A stretch of DNA of 64,000 nucleotides, taken from the NCBI GenBank assembly GCA_034780895.1, contig JAUZTB010000087.1, positions 91,780,204 to 91,844,203 on the forward strand. The letters are read 5' to 3'. This DNA comes from Rhynchobatus australiae. Its lineage: Eukaryota. A program made the position numbers and the translations under genes. Of the stretch, positions 12,670 through 23,900 are shown piece by piece. The notes beneath the pieces were generated by a model. The model saw only the letters and a program-made list of their open reading frames with translations, had not been told where the DNA came from and did no database searches. Within the stretch, counting starts at the first letter, position 1. Each line of letters starts with the position of its first letter.

Positions 12670-14110
12670 CATAGGAGTAGGACTAGGAATAGGCCATATG
12701 GCTCCTTGAACCTGTAGCACTATTTAGTAAGATCGTGATGATCTGATTTTTGGCCTCTTCCACTTTCCATCTGATAGACATAAGCCTTGATTTCCCCTGG
12801 AGCAAAAATCTATCCACCTTAATTTTAAATATACTTAATAATTCAGAAACCATAACCCCAAGTTTCACATTCCTCTGACAGTAGACATTCCTTTTCATCT
12901 CAGTCTTAAGTGGATACTCCTTATCCTGAGATTATGCACCCGAGTTGTAGACTTCCTTTTCCAGAGGAAACATCCTGACAGCATCTATCCTGTCAAGCTC
13001 CCTCAGGATCTTATGGTACACAATGGCCATCTTTCATTCTTCTAAACTTCAGAAAGTACAGGCCCATGCTGTTCATGCTGTTCTCAGTCAATAAGTTACA
13101 GTTTTATGAAGCATTGGTTAGGCCACACCTGGCAGTTCTGATTGCCACATCATAAGATGTGATTACTCTCCAGAGCATGCAGAGGAGATTCACTAGGATA
13201 TTGCCTGGATTGAAGGATTAAGGTTATAAAGACAAACTAGATAGGCTGGGTTTTTTTGCCTTAGATCAGAGAAGACTTGAGGATGACCTGATAGAGATGT
13301 GGAGATAAATAGAGCAGATAGTAAAAATCTTTTAATCATAGTGATGGTGTCTAAGGAAAGAGGGATAGATGTAAAGTGAGAGCTAGAAGGTTTAAAGGGG
13401 ATCAGAGGGGGAATTTTTTCACACAGAGAGTGGTTGGAATCTGGAATGCACTGCCATGAGAGATGGTGGAGGCAAATACAATCACAATATTTAAGTATCT
13501 AGACATGTACTTGAATTGCCAAGGCATAGAAAACTATAGACTTAATGCAGGTAAATGGGATTAGTGTAGTTAAGTACAATGGGTGGCATGGACAAGGTGG
13601 AGGAAAGGGCCTGTTTCTGTACTGTACAACTTCATAAACTAACCTGCTCTCCGCAACCAACTCCTTCATCCCAGAAATTAATATGGTGAACTTTTGTTAC
13701 ACTACTTCCAAGTCATGTTTCTCCTTCCTTAAATAAACTGACCATACTTACAATATATGGTTGGCACGGTCTCCTTCAAGACGTAGCAAGAGTTCCTTAC
13801 TCAAGTATTCCATCTTTCTTGCAATAAAGGTCAAGAATCTGTTGAATGTACTGTTGAATTTATTGCAGANNNNNNNNNNTAAAGGTCAAGGTTCCATTTG
13901 CCTTCCTAATTACTAGCTTTACCTACATGCTAATTTCCTCTCTTTATTTTGCAGGACCACCCAGATCTGTCTGAGCTCCAATATTTAATTCTGTAACATC
14001 AATTAAATAATATTTTGCTCATCTATTCTCTCTACTGACATCACATTTTCACATATTGTACTGTTTACTATTTTTTGCCCACTCACTTAACCTATTTCTC
14101 TCTCGCTACT
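12670..14110. mobile_element. Nested CR1 fragments: minus-strand copy split by a plus-strand CR1 3' end (~13090-13635)
   Basis: The minus-type tail 'ataggagtaggactaggaataggccatatggctccttgaacctg' runs to ~13080. A plus-strand 'cagaggagattcactaggatattgcctgga...gggcctgtttctgtactgtac' copy follows, and the minus copy resumes at ~13640. Confidence 0.65.
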
Positions 14111-14715
14111 CTCTGTGACCTACCCGTTAAGCAATCCACTTCCTACACTAAAACTACCTTCAACCCCAAAAGCCTTGGACAGGAACATAAATGCAGTCCT
14201 CCCAACTCTTTATTTCTCCCATTTCTCAGTTACAAAAAATCTCATCCTGCAATCAACATTTCATCTCAGTGAGAAGCTCTTTCTGGCAATAAACAATGAA
14301 AATTTTAATAAGAGAGCCATAAATGATGATTCAAACTGCAGTGCTTAAACCAGAAAAAAGCAAAAGAGTAGTGGGGGAGAGATCAAGGTGAAATCTGATA
14401 AGGGCCAGCTGCATAATCATCACATTGGGCAAGGAAGGTGTGGAAAGATTTAAATGTTAAATATCTATAGGGAATTAAAAAGATAATACTTAANNNNNNN
14501 NNNNNNNNNNNNNNNNNNNNNNNNNNNNNNNNNNNNNNNNNNNNNNNNNNNNNNNNNNNNNNNNNNNNNNNNNNNNNNNNNNNNNNNNNNNNNTCTATAG
14601 GGAATTAAAAAGATAATACTTAAAATAATAGAAACAAAATTATTTTCCTAGCCTTGTTGGAATTTTGTTCATTTATTTTTACACTGACAATCAAGTTCAT
14701 ATTGAAGTTTCTTAC

Positions 14716-14718
14716 CAT
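14716..14718 (-). CDS. FBXO40: FBXO40 start codon at the end of a 28-nt exon (exon 14716-14743)
   Basis: tttctttattctttcag|ctgagaagaaagaggatcaatcaaaATG|gtaaga: strong acceptor and donor. The phase-0 join to 11269 gives MIRNRSSAPRLHIHCEKC, and the total is 707 aa (human recalled as ~709 aa). Confidence 0.85.
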
Positions 14719-17700
14719 TTTGATTGATCCTCTTTCTTCTCAGCTGAAAGAATAAAGAAAATGTTAGATATAATTCAACAAATCTGAGGGTTTTACAAAA
14801 AAAGTCTGTGGTAACAATTTTTAATGTTTTAAAATTTTTAACTTTTAAAAGCAACTTCCATAGAATATGATTTATGTATGTTATGGGTGAAGTAGTGTGT
14901 GTGGTGTGATGGGAATGAAGGAGAAGTTCACTATTATACCAGCAATATCAATTCTACTCAGGTCAAGAATAATTAGAAGATCCATTACAGAGCTCCACAG
15001 CATCTTCTCAATATCTTTACAGAACATCAACATCGAAGTGACATGTTTATTTCTTACATTGTATTCTAAATTTCTCTATATAATACAGCCAATTAGGGTT
15101 ACGGTTGAACATTTTTAGAAATAATCATTGAAGTTATTTCCAGTCTTCAGATTTCCAGAAGGTATTTTGAGACCTGTTCTAGAGGGAGAAACAACAATTT
15201 ATCTGACAGAATTTACTTTCACTTGATAAAAAGAAAATGCTCATGGAGACATACTGGCCAAAATAACCTTAAAGCAGTTTTCACAAAGTAATCAGAAATG
15301 AGGAATACCATGAGGCCATTTTCATTTATTCATTCAAAAAGACAATGATTTTCCACTCTTTATATTCAATTGTTATCATTTTTAACCTGGAACCTATTTC
15401 ATGTGTTCATCATTCTCTGTGTAGAAAGATTTTTCTTGAATTATTCTTAAATTTTCCATTTTACAAATCTGTTAAGAGTCTGCCTGTCCAACTCCTAAAA
15501 AATTAAGCAATTTTTTTTGATTTAGCCTTTCCATAATGTTTACTTTATTGTGTCGACAATGAGCTTGAGCTTAATGCCAGGAATAAACAATTAGCAGCTT
15601 TTTATGTTTCCAAATTTCTTCAATGCAGTCTTCCTTACTCTTTTTTTTCTCCAATTTCTCAGTTACAGGAAGTCTCATCTGAAATTTTAAATTGGTTGAG
15701 AATGATATGGATTTCAAAGTCCTTCTAACGTTGTCAGTCTTGAGACTGAGAAGCTTCATGTCCAAGATTCTTCAGATGTCCAACATAAAGGGAAAAGCAA
15801 CACAAATTAGAAAATTATTTGTCCTTAAAAAAATGTTATCAAATTACTGTCTACTCCCACAATGAGTAACAGAATCTGTTCAGAATAACTTTTGCTTCAG
15901 CAGGTTTTCATCCTATTAATTTTCTGTATCTAAGGATCATTAGCAAGGAGGCTAAAGGCTTCCTTGAGAAGCATATCTGCTCTTCCAGGCTCACAATGAG
16001 TGCTGGAAAAGGGTCTTACTTTGTAAAGCAGTCACCTCCTCTAATTCAGTGCTGGGACTATTTCGTGATCAATTAAAAAGAAAAAGATTAGGATAAAATT
16101 AATGAGATAAAATTAGAGTAATAATGTCATAATTATGGAAAAATGAAAAGGAATATTAAGGAGAAGAAACATGAAAATAGAAAGTGGGAGAATGACAATG
16201 AAAAAAATCAGAGGGAATAAATGAGTGAGTACAAAGGAATCACATGGAAGAGAAAATTACCAAATGAAAATTTCAGAAAGACTGGGAGAAGGATGCAACC
16301 AATGAGAATGTAAGAGAAAGAAAGATTAAGCATGACAATGGGTCCAGTGCAGAGAGCCAAAGAATGATGAGAATAGGAATGTCAATGAGAGTTGAAAATA
16401 ACTGGGAATGAATTACAGAACGGTTACAGCATGAAAGGAGGCTGAATCCCAATAATCCTGCAATTTTGATTCCTCTCAAGTACTTACTGCCTCCATTTCT
16501 CTCCTGGCAGCGGATTCCAGATTCTACCCATTCACCACATAAACAGAATCTGTTCAGAATAACTTTCGTCACTTTAAGGTAATGCCACTTTTGGTCCTTT
16601 TGCCAATTACCTTTATTCTTTATCTTGTAGTTCTTGACCCTTCCCACAAAGGGTACAGTTTTTTTCTATCTTCCCGGACTGCCCTTGATAATTTTAAATA
16701 CCACTGTCAGATCCACTCTCAGCCCTATCTGTTGCAAGAAAAGCAATCCCAGCCTCTCCAGTCCATCCACATAACTAGAGATGCTCATCCTTGGAATCAT
16801 TCCAGTAACATTTCATTCTGCAGCCTCTCAAAGACCTTCATGTCTTTCCTAAACCATGGTGGCAACAACTGGACCATAAATTCCAGTTGTACCTTGAACC
16901 AGTGTTTTATAAAAGTTCATTATGAGTTCTTTGCTCTTTTGTTCTGTCTCTACTTACAAAACACAACATCTTACATCCTTTCATTAGTCACTTTCTCCAT
17001 CAGCCCTGCCATTTTCAATAACTTATGTCCATATACCCATAGATCACTCTGTTCCATATTTATTTTAGTACTATGACTTCTAGTTCATATGGCCATTTTG
17101 ATATCTTGATATTAAAAGCTCAAGAATAAAAAAAGACAAGAAAGAAAGAATGATCATGAAAAATCAATGAGTGTAATTGAAAGAAAGAATTTGACTAAGA
17201 ATGGAGAAGTGAAAAAAAGTGAGAGATAGAATGATGAATTACAGTGACAAAGCAAATGCGAGTGAAAGAGCAAGCAAGTAAAAGACAAATTGAGATTATG
17301 GGACAGATTTTATTGGAAAAAGATATCTTGTTATTAGATTTGTTCCTGAATGTTTAAGATTGTGAAAATTTTGCTCTTCAACATGCCAAGACTGTCATCT
17401 GATAATAATGAAGCAAGGGTAACAAAACCTATAAGAATTTTGTAAATAATGGGAGAAACAATGTATCTCAGATTGAGAAATAAATTGAGGAATGCCTGTA
17501 GGTGAATTAAGGATGAATTCAGACAAATTTGGCACAGAAAGACGGGATGAAGTGAAAAATAATAATTGCATTAGAAGAAAAAATAGGATTGAAAGAAAAG
17601 CCTTTAAAAATGGTTTTGATATTCATGAAAAGAATTTACAAGATGAAGAATAACAAGCACTCGAAAATAATTAAAATGTAATTTAATGTGCTTAAACCGT

Positions 17701-18269
17701 TAATTACAGGACTTTGCTTTCTATTACGATTCTAGTCTGCAATAATTGTGCATCTCAAAACTCTTACAGGTATTCCAGTGTAAGATACAGTCCATGACTG
17801 AGCGATACAAACAAGCATCCTCAAAAAATCCAGGACTGCATGATTAGGGATTTGTTGAAGATTGGGTGCAGCAACTGCAAAGGTTCTGTGAGGAAGTTTA
17901 GGACTCTCGTATCATTGCAGTCTAATTGGTTGAAATGTATGTTAAAACCCTCTGAGCTATTTCATTGTCCAGATGGTCAACCAGTTTCCAGTTGTCTGTC
18001 ATGTTAATTCCATATCCAATTCCTTCTCTGGCCTATCTTCCTGTGGTCTCCTGCACTGTTCTAATGAGGCCCAATGCAAATTTGAGGAATAGCACATCAT
18101 CTTCTCTCTGGGTGAATGGCTTTTTTCCGTTCTTATCAGAATTGTTCAGTTCTGCTGTAAAATTATCCAAGTGTAATATTAAATCAGTTTTTCTCTCTCT
18201 ACAAGGACACCTGGTTCCTTTCAACATCAGCATTACCCAATCTCTCACCTTTTAAAAATATTCCATGTA

Positions 18270-19700
18270 TCTTACATTTTTTGCACACTATATTTCATCT
18301 GACATGTTCTCACTCACTCACTCAGTTTGTCTACATTTCCTTAAGTCTCTTTACATTCTCCTGCCTCCTCATAATTCCATCTGATTTTGTATTGTTAGCA
18401 AACTCAAAAATATGACACTCAAATTGTTGATGTAGATCATGAATAGTGGTCTTCAATATACACATCAGCTGACCATCTATGCCCCACAAGGATACATTTG
18501 TACAAGGATTCATAACTCACTGAGTTACTTTTTTACCCTTAGTTCACCTCTCATTCATGTAAACTCCAAACAGCATAGGATAATTTTATTTAGCATCTCA
18601 TTATGGGAAATCTCCCTCATTCTGGGTATCAATCTAATGAAGTTTTGTTGCAATGCCTCCAAGACAAACACGCCCTTCCTTAGAACTAGAGACCAACCTA
18701 AACACAATGTTCCAGGTAAGACCTCACCAAAGTTCTACATAATTGTGGCATAACCATTTAACTGTTAAACTGTTTGCTGTATCTGATGTTAATTTACTCT
18801 GTCCAACAGTATGATTATTGTTGGGGAACATACCAATTTTTCTTTTGCCTTTTCTTATTTTATATTTCCACCCACTCTAATTCAATAATGTGATAGTAAA
18901 CATTCTTTATCTCATTTGCTGCTATAACCAGGTATACCCCACCACCTTGATCATTCTGCCTTTCATTTCTAAAAGTTAAGTACACTGGCATATTTACTTC
19001 CCCATCTTGATCACTCTGCAGCATCATCATCATCAAACCCATTTATTACAATTCCTTTCATCTATCTGTTATAAATGCCTACAGTGTTCAGATACAGCCT
19101 CTTCTACCTGTTTTTCCTTGATATGAAATTAGTCTCTAATTCCCTGTGATTAGTATTAACTAAGTCTTTTCCTGAAACGTTTTTCCAATTCACTGCTCTG
19201 ATCTACAACCTTGTCATTTCAATTAAGACTTTTAAATCTGTCCTCTTCTGAACTCTTCCTTTCCAATATTAGCTTAAAGCACTACCTACAATCTTAGCTG
19301 TTAGACTTGCCCATATTCTGGTCTCATCCCAATGAATCAGCCCCTGCTTTCCCTAAAACTAGTACCTTTGCACCATAAATAAAAATGCCTGCCTCCCACA
19401 TCACTCTTCCAGCCACACATTTAAATTTCATTTTTCCTACGCCAATTTGTACATGGCTCAGGCAGTAATCCAGACATTATTACCTTAGAAGATCTGATTT
19501 TTAATTTGTTCCCTGGTTTGTCAAACTCCCTCAGCAGAACTTCTTTCCTATTTCTACCTATCTCATTGCTTTCCATGTGGATCTGATTCCTCCCCATCTT
19601 TCCACAAGTTCTAGTCCAGCCACATGGTAATACCTTCAGCTTTGGCATAATAGGCATCTGAGTCTTCTGGACTCCCAGTCATCGGTGCAGAGAAGAGTAT
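18270..19700 (-). mobile_element. Heavily deleted CR1 LINE relic (ORF1 esterase, endonuclease and RT remnants)
   Basis: ORF track fragments in the expected order on the minus strand: KLKIRSSKVIMSGLLPEP (ORF1 SGNH-like), FRNERQNDQGGGVYL (endonuclease RKDR..GGGV motif) and EFANNTKSDG (decayed FADDTK). Confidence 0.65.
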
Positions 19701-22700
19701 TCATTTCACTGACTGTAATTTGCCCCATCTTTACCACATTCCTTTTGGCTCCATCCATTTATTAATTTACTATACAGTAGCATCATCAACAACTTGACTT
19801 TCTTCTCTTCCCTTGCTTCATTATTATTGATTCCTCAATCCTGTTTGATAATGCCAAAAGCTAACACTCCTCTATCACTACACCTGAAATACCCTTGTAT
19901 ACCTGAGTTACAGTCATATACTATTTTAAAAGGATTCACAGGAAATTTATTTTTCAGCCAATTTAGATACTGTTTTTTTCACTTCTGGCAACTGATTTAT
20001 GATTCATTCTTGTACCTTCTCCTTCCTGACCACCAAGTTTGTGAACTGGTGAGTTTCACAGACAGGATTAGCTAACAAGGAAGGAATTGGGTTAGAAATT
20101 GCAAAAGAGGCATGAATTCAGTACTAGCATAGCAAGAAACAAAAAGTAAATTCTGTTCAATCACCAAGAGGAAGTGAAGGAAGTGGCAGGGGTATATGAA
20201 TGGATGGTCTCAATCTTGTGGCAAAAAACAATTGAGCTCATTGTACGTTGTAGGATATGAGGATAGAGGAGGTAGTGGTTGGTTAGTTAAGAAGGCAGGC
20301 ATTGATGTAATAAACCAAACAGCTCTTGTATGTTCTGGATTTCAATGATTTCTACTTCTATGATTTCTATTCTACAATAGCCGTTGTCCCAATGTATTTC
20401 TTTTTTTCCCTCAGAAAAAAGAGGGAGAACAGACTGATCATGTAGCATAAAAGGCACAGAAAAAACACCTGCCCCTGAAAAGATAAATTGAGAAATTTCT
20501 ATTTTCAACTAATTCAGTCCTATTTTCAGTTGGCTAAGTAATACTTCTAGCTGCATGATCACCAGTCTGCAGAAAAATAAGTTTAATGGTCCAAGTGAGA
20601 TTAGCAAAATTTGAGATATATTCATCTATATCCCAATCACAATTATTTGACAGTTGCAAGTTTAAATCTTTTTGCTTTTGTACTTGAAACGTTAAGGCCC
20701 CTTAAGCTGCTTCATGATTTTAAATCCTGCACAGGAAGCAATTTCCCACCAAATGGCAAGCTTCCATTGAAATGATTGACTATAGCCAAAGTTTTCCCAC
20801 ATTATTCAAGGTGAAAATCTAAGCTAACATAGGAGAACATAATGAAGTTATTCCCTTCTGCCACAGTTCTAATAATTGGACTATTGAGATAAACATGGCC
20901 TGGCATGACAGAACACAAATATAATCAAAACATCTTGCTTGTAATACTGATAGTTAGTAAGAATTTCAATTAGTCAAAAACAATTTTTATTAAATTATGT
21001 TGATATATAGTCCTTATGAGTCCTAACCTTTACATTTGGTGAAGTTTTCTTTATTTATAAAATAATATCTTTATTAGTCACATGTACATCGAANNNNNNN
21101 NNNNNNNNNNNNNNNNNNNNNNNNNNNNNNNNNNNNNNNNNNNNNNNNNNNNNNNNNNNNNNNNNNNNNNNNNNNNNNNNNNNNNNNNNNNNNNNNNNNN
21201 NNNNNNNNNNNNNNNNNNNNNNNNNNNNNNNNNNNNNNNNNNNNNNNNNNNNNNNNNNNNNNNNNNNNNNNNNNNNNNNNNNNNNNNNNNNNNNNNNNNN
21301 NNNNNNNNNNNNNNNNNNNNNNNNNNNNNNNNNNNNNNNNNNNNNNNNNNNNNNNNNNNNNNNNNNNNNNNNNNNNNNNNNNNNNNNNNNNNNNNNNNNN
21401 NNNNNNNNNNNNNNNNNNNNNNNNNNNNNNNNNNNNNNNNNNNNNNNNNNNNNNNNNNNNNNNNNNNNNNNNNNNNATGAATAATAAATATCTTCCAGTT
21501 AAGTTAAAAATATTTGCATATACAGAGTACTTTTACATTTTAAATAACAACATTAGAGGCATTAGGAAAATAAGTGTCAAACTCTTGGAAAAATGATTAA
21601 AAGTTTCCAAAAAACATAATGCAATGTGGTTTCTATATACATAAGGAAAAGTTAGTTATAAAAAAACTTTCATTTTGTTTATTAGCTATGAGAGCCCAGC
21701 TGTCATGCTCCATCTATCATGTTACAAATCTGATTTCCAGCTTCCGCCAATATTTTGAGGTTGCAAGAGTAGGACAGAAGGTTACTGCAAGTGAAAGCAC
21801 AGCATCAAGGCTAAAGTTAATGTAGTTGAAAATCAAAAGGCTATGGATGTTGGAAATCCAAAATAAAAACATAAAGTACTGGAGTACCTTTAACTCAGGT
21901 CACATTCTGTGGGGACAGAGAAAGAGTTAATGATTCAGGTTGATGACCCATCATCAGAACTACACTGTGTAAGGCTGAATTTATATTCCTTATTGTTTTT
22001 GTTAGCTAGGTAGTTAGTTTAACAAAAATAGCCTACAGTGAAAGAATTTAAATGTAGAAAGCAATTATTTTTATCTAAACCATGATTTCTATACCCTCAT
22101 AATTAAAACTAGTCCATCCCTGGCACTTCGTAGACAGTTTATAACCAGGGCACCGGACCGTGACCTGTATTACTGCCATCAAAGACAGCCTATTACCAAA
22201 TACTTATTAATATCCGCTTCCATCCCTACATCAAAGCCTCTGCATANNNNNNNNNNNNNNNNNNNNNNNNNNNNNNNNNNNNNNNNNNNNNNNNNNNNNN
22301 NNNNNNNNNNNNNNNNNNNNNNNNNNNNNNNNNNNNNNNNNNNNNNNNNNNNNNNNNNNNNNNNNNNNNNNNNNNNNNNNNNNNNNNNNNNNNNNNNNNN
22401 NNNNNNNNNNNNNNNNNNNNNNNNNNNNNNNNNNNNNNNNNNNNNNNNNNNNNNNNNNNNNNNNNNNNNNNNNNNNNNCCAGTGAATGGGACAGCAATTA
22501 AAAAATATTTTCACTGGATGGTATTGGAATTCAGAGCTTTGTTGGAGCTATAATTATCCAGGAAAATGGAAGGTATTCCATCACACTCCTGATTGTGACT
22601 TGTAGGTTATGGAAAGGTTTCATTAAGTCAAGAGCTGTCTCACCCAGGCACAGAATATACGGTCTCTGACCTGTTCTTGTCGATACTGTTATGTCTTTGA

Positions 22701-23129
22701 AATTTATGAGATCCACAATGCTGGTGATGGAGGATTCAATTAATTGAAATATCAAGGGAAGGTAATTAGGCATTTCCTTGTTAGTGGTTGTCTTAGCCTA
22801 GCATTCAGCAGTTAGTTGTCAGCTAAAACCTGAATGTTGGAATTGCTCCACTGGGAACCAGAATGTAGCCAATGGGCCGAATGCCCTTCTGTGTTGTAAT
22901 AAGTAATTTAATAACTTATTGCATTTAAATGCCTTTGATATGGATCTTTTTATGTTTGTATTGATACACCATGCTTTAAAACATTTCAAAATATTTCTCC
23001 CTTTATCTCTCTTAAGCAATGATATTTAAAAGAATTCTAAATTATGATGATAACATATGTGATGCCTGCTATCAGAGAGAACACAATAATTTTGGCCAAA
23101 ATGTTGGACCTGCATTCACTGCATTTTAC

Positions 23130-23900
23130 CCGACAGTACAGCCTCCAGGCAAATACTCACAAATTCTTCCAAACCCATTATAGTTCAGGAAGCAAAAATC
23201 TGTAAATGTTCACCATCTTAATGAAACCTCCTCTGCATTGGAGAAACCAAACACAGATTCTGTGACCACTTTGTAAAACACCTCCATTCAGTCTGCAAGG
23301 TGGATCTGAGCTGCAGTCATCTGTCACTTTAATTCTTCATTCCACTCCCATTCTACCTTTGGCTTCCTCCACTGTTCCAAAATTGCCCAACATAAGCTTC
23401 AGGAACAGAGAAACAGCACATCACCATCTATCTAGGCCAGCGGCAGCCCTTAGAACTTAATACTGAATCCAACAGTTTCAGGTAACAAGCCTTTCCTGTT
23501 TGTTTCACAACTGGCCAATTCTGATGCAAAGTCATCCACTTGCAACAATAACTTGGTTTTTCTCTATCCACAGATACCACCTGACTTGCTGGGTATTTCC
23601 AGCATTCTCTTTTCTTTCAGATTTCCAGCAAGTGCTGTCCTCTGCTTCTGACAGTTCCAACATGTTCTTTTGTTTTTTTTATTCTCTATTTGCCAGCATC
23701 GAACGCAATTACATGACCAGGACAACCCTGGACTCCACCCTACCACAGATCTTTCCTTTCCATTCCTTGCCCTTTTTGCAAACTGAAACACACTTGCTTT
23801 CTCACTTTTCCAGTTCTGGTGAAGGGTCATTGAGCCAAAATGTTGACTTCACTATGTGACCTGCTGAGTGACTTTGGCGTTATCTGGTTCTGTTTTGGAT
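23130..23900 (+). mobile_element. Penelope-like element 3' fragment
   Basis: 'cctcctctgcattggagaaaccaaacacagatt' resembles LLYIGETKHR. It carries two copies of the terminal 'ccacagat...gacttgctgggtatttccagca' motif. Confidence 0.65.

Noticed and set aside
14464-14623. 30-bp direct repeat flanking a 100-N run, which looks like a target-site duplication
   Set aside because: The same pattern flanks other fixed 100-N gaps (52196-52381, 57799-57970). These are most likely unmerged contig overlaps, i.e. assembly artefacts.
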